Below, one piece after another: positions 63,900-64,000 of a stretch of 64,000 bases of DNA. This DNA is from Epiperipatus broadwayi (taxonomy: Eukaryota; Animalia; Onychophora): positions 8,866,001 to 8,930,000 of the forward strand of contig JAQFVV010000006.1 in NCBI GenBank assembly GCA_028023455.1. Reading direction: 5' to 3'. Under the pieces are notes generated by a model that made no database searches, was not told where the DNA came from, and saw nothing but the letters and a program-made list of their open reading frames with translations. Made by a program: the position numbers and the translations under genes. How positions within the stretch are numbered: position 1 is the first letter of the stretch; each line of letters starts with the position of its first letter.

Positions 63900-64000
63900 A
63901 TCACATGATCGACATTTCTTATGCATACACATACAAGCTAATGAGCTTGAATTGAAAACATTATTGTGTTTTCATTTTGAAATCAAAGTTTTATAGTTAG
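63900..64000. mobile_element. Family A copy A10 (runs off the window end)
   Basis: Tail atcacatgatcgacatttcttatgc, then the inverted arm tacaagctaatgagcttgaattgaaaac. Confidence 0.8.

Noticed and set aside
1-64000. Most ORFs in the supplied track
   Set aside because: They are short, low-complexity I/F/L/K-rich frames typical of AT-rich non-coding DNA, or antisense shadows of TE remnants.

Overview
AT-rich eukaryotic DNA, probably from an invertebrate (arthropod-like; the species cannot be determined from sequence alone). It contains six exons of a minus-strand PIGL gene (GPI de-N-acetylase) spread over about 32 kb; the AHPDDE-containing first exon was not found in the window. Three probable spliced exons of an unidentified minus-strand gene lie at the left edge. 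The rest is mostly decayed mobile DNA: at least six Penelope-like element (PLE) remnants, several RTE-type LINE remnants, a full-length decayed hAT element with TIRs and a candidate TSD, hAT and Harbinger fragments, tRNA-derived SINE heads, a retrocopied tRNA-Gly and several tandem arrays. The standout signal is a set of at least four families of short non-coding insertions carrying minimal type-I hammerhead ribozyme (HHR) motifs. In families A, B and D the copies share one architecture: an inverted 5' arm, a forward arm, a 3' tail absent from the inverted arm, and 11-18 bp target-site duplications (TSDs); family E shows the inverted arms but no clear TSD. Family A has 10 copies, a ~450 bp tandem monomer, a fixed 3' end and compensatory changes in ribozyme stem II, so it looks like a PLE-mobilised retrozyme. 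Two autonomous-type PLE remnants carry a non-canonical AUGAAUA core (A3-U8 in place of C3-G8). All calls were made by eye; no database search or folding program was run.
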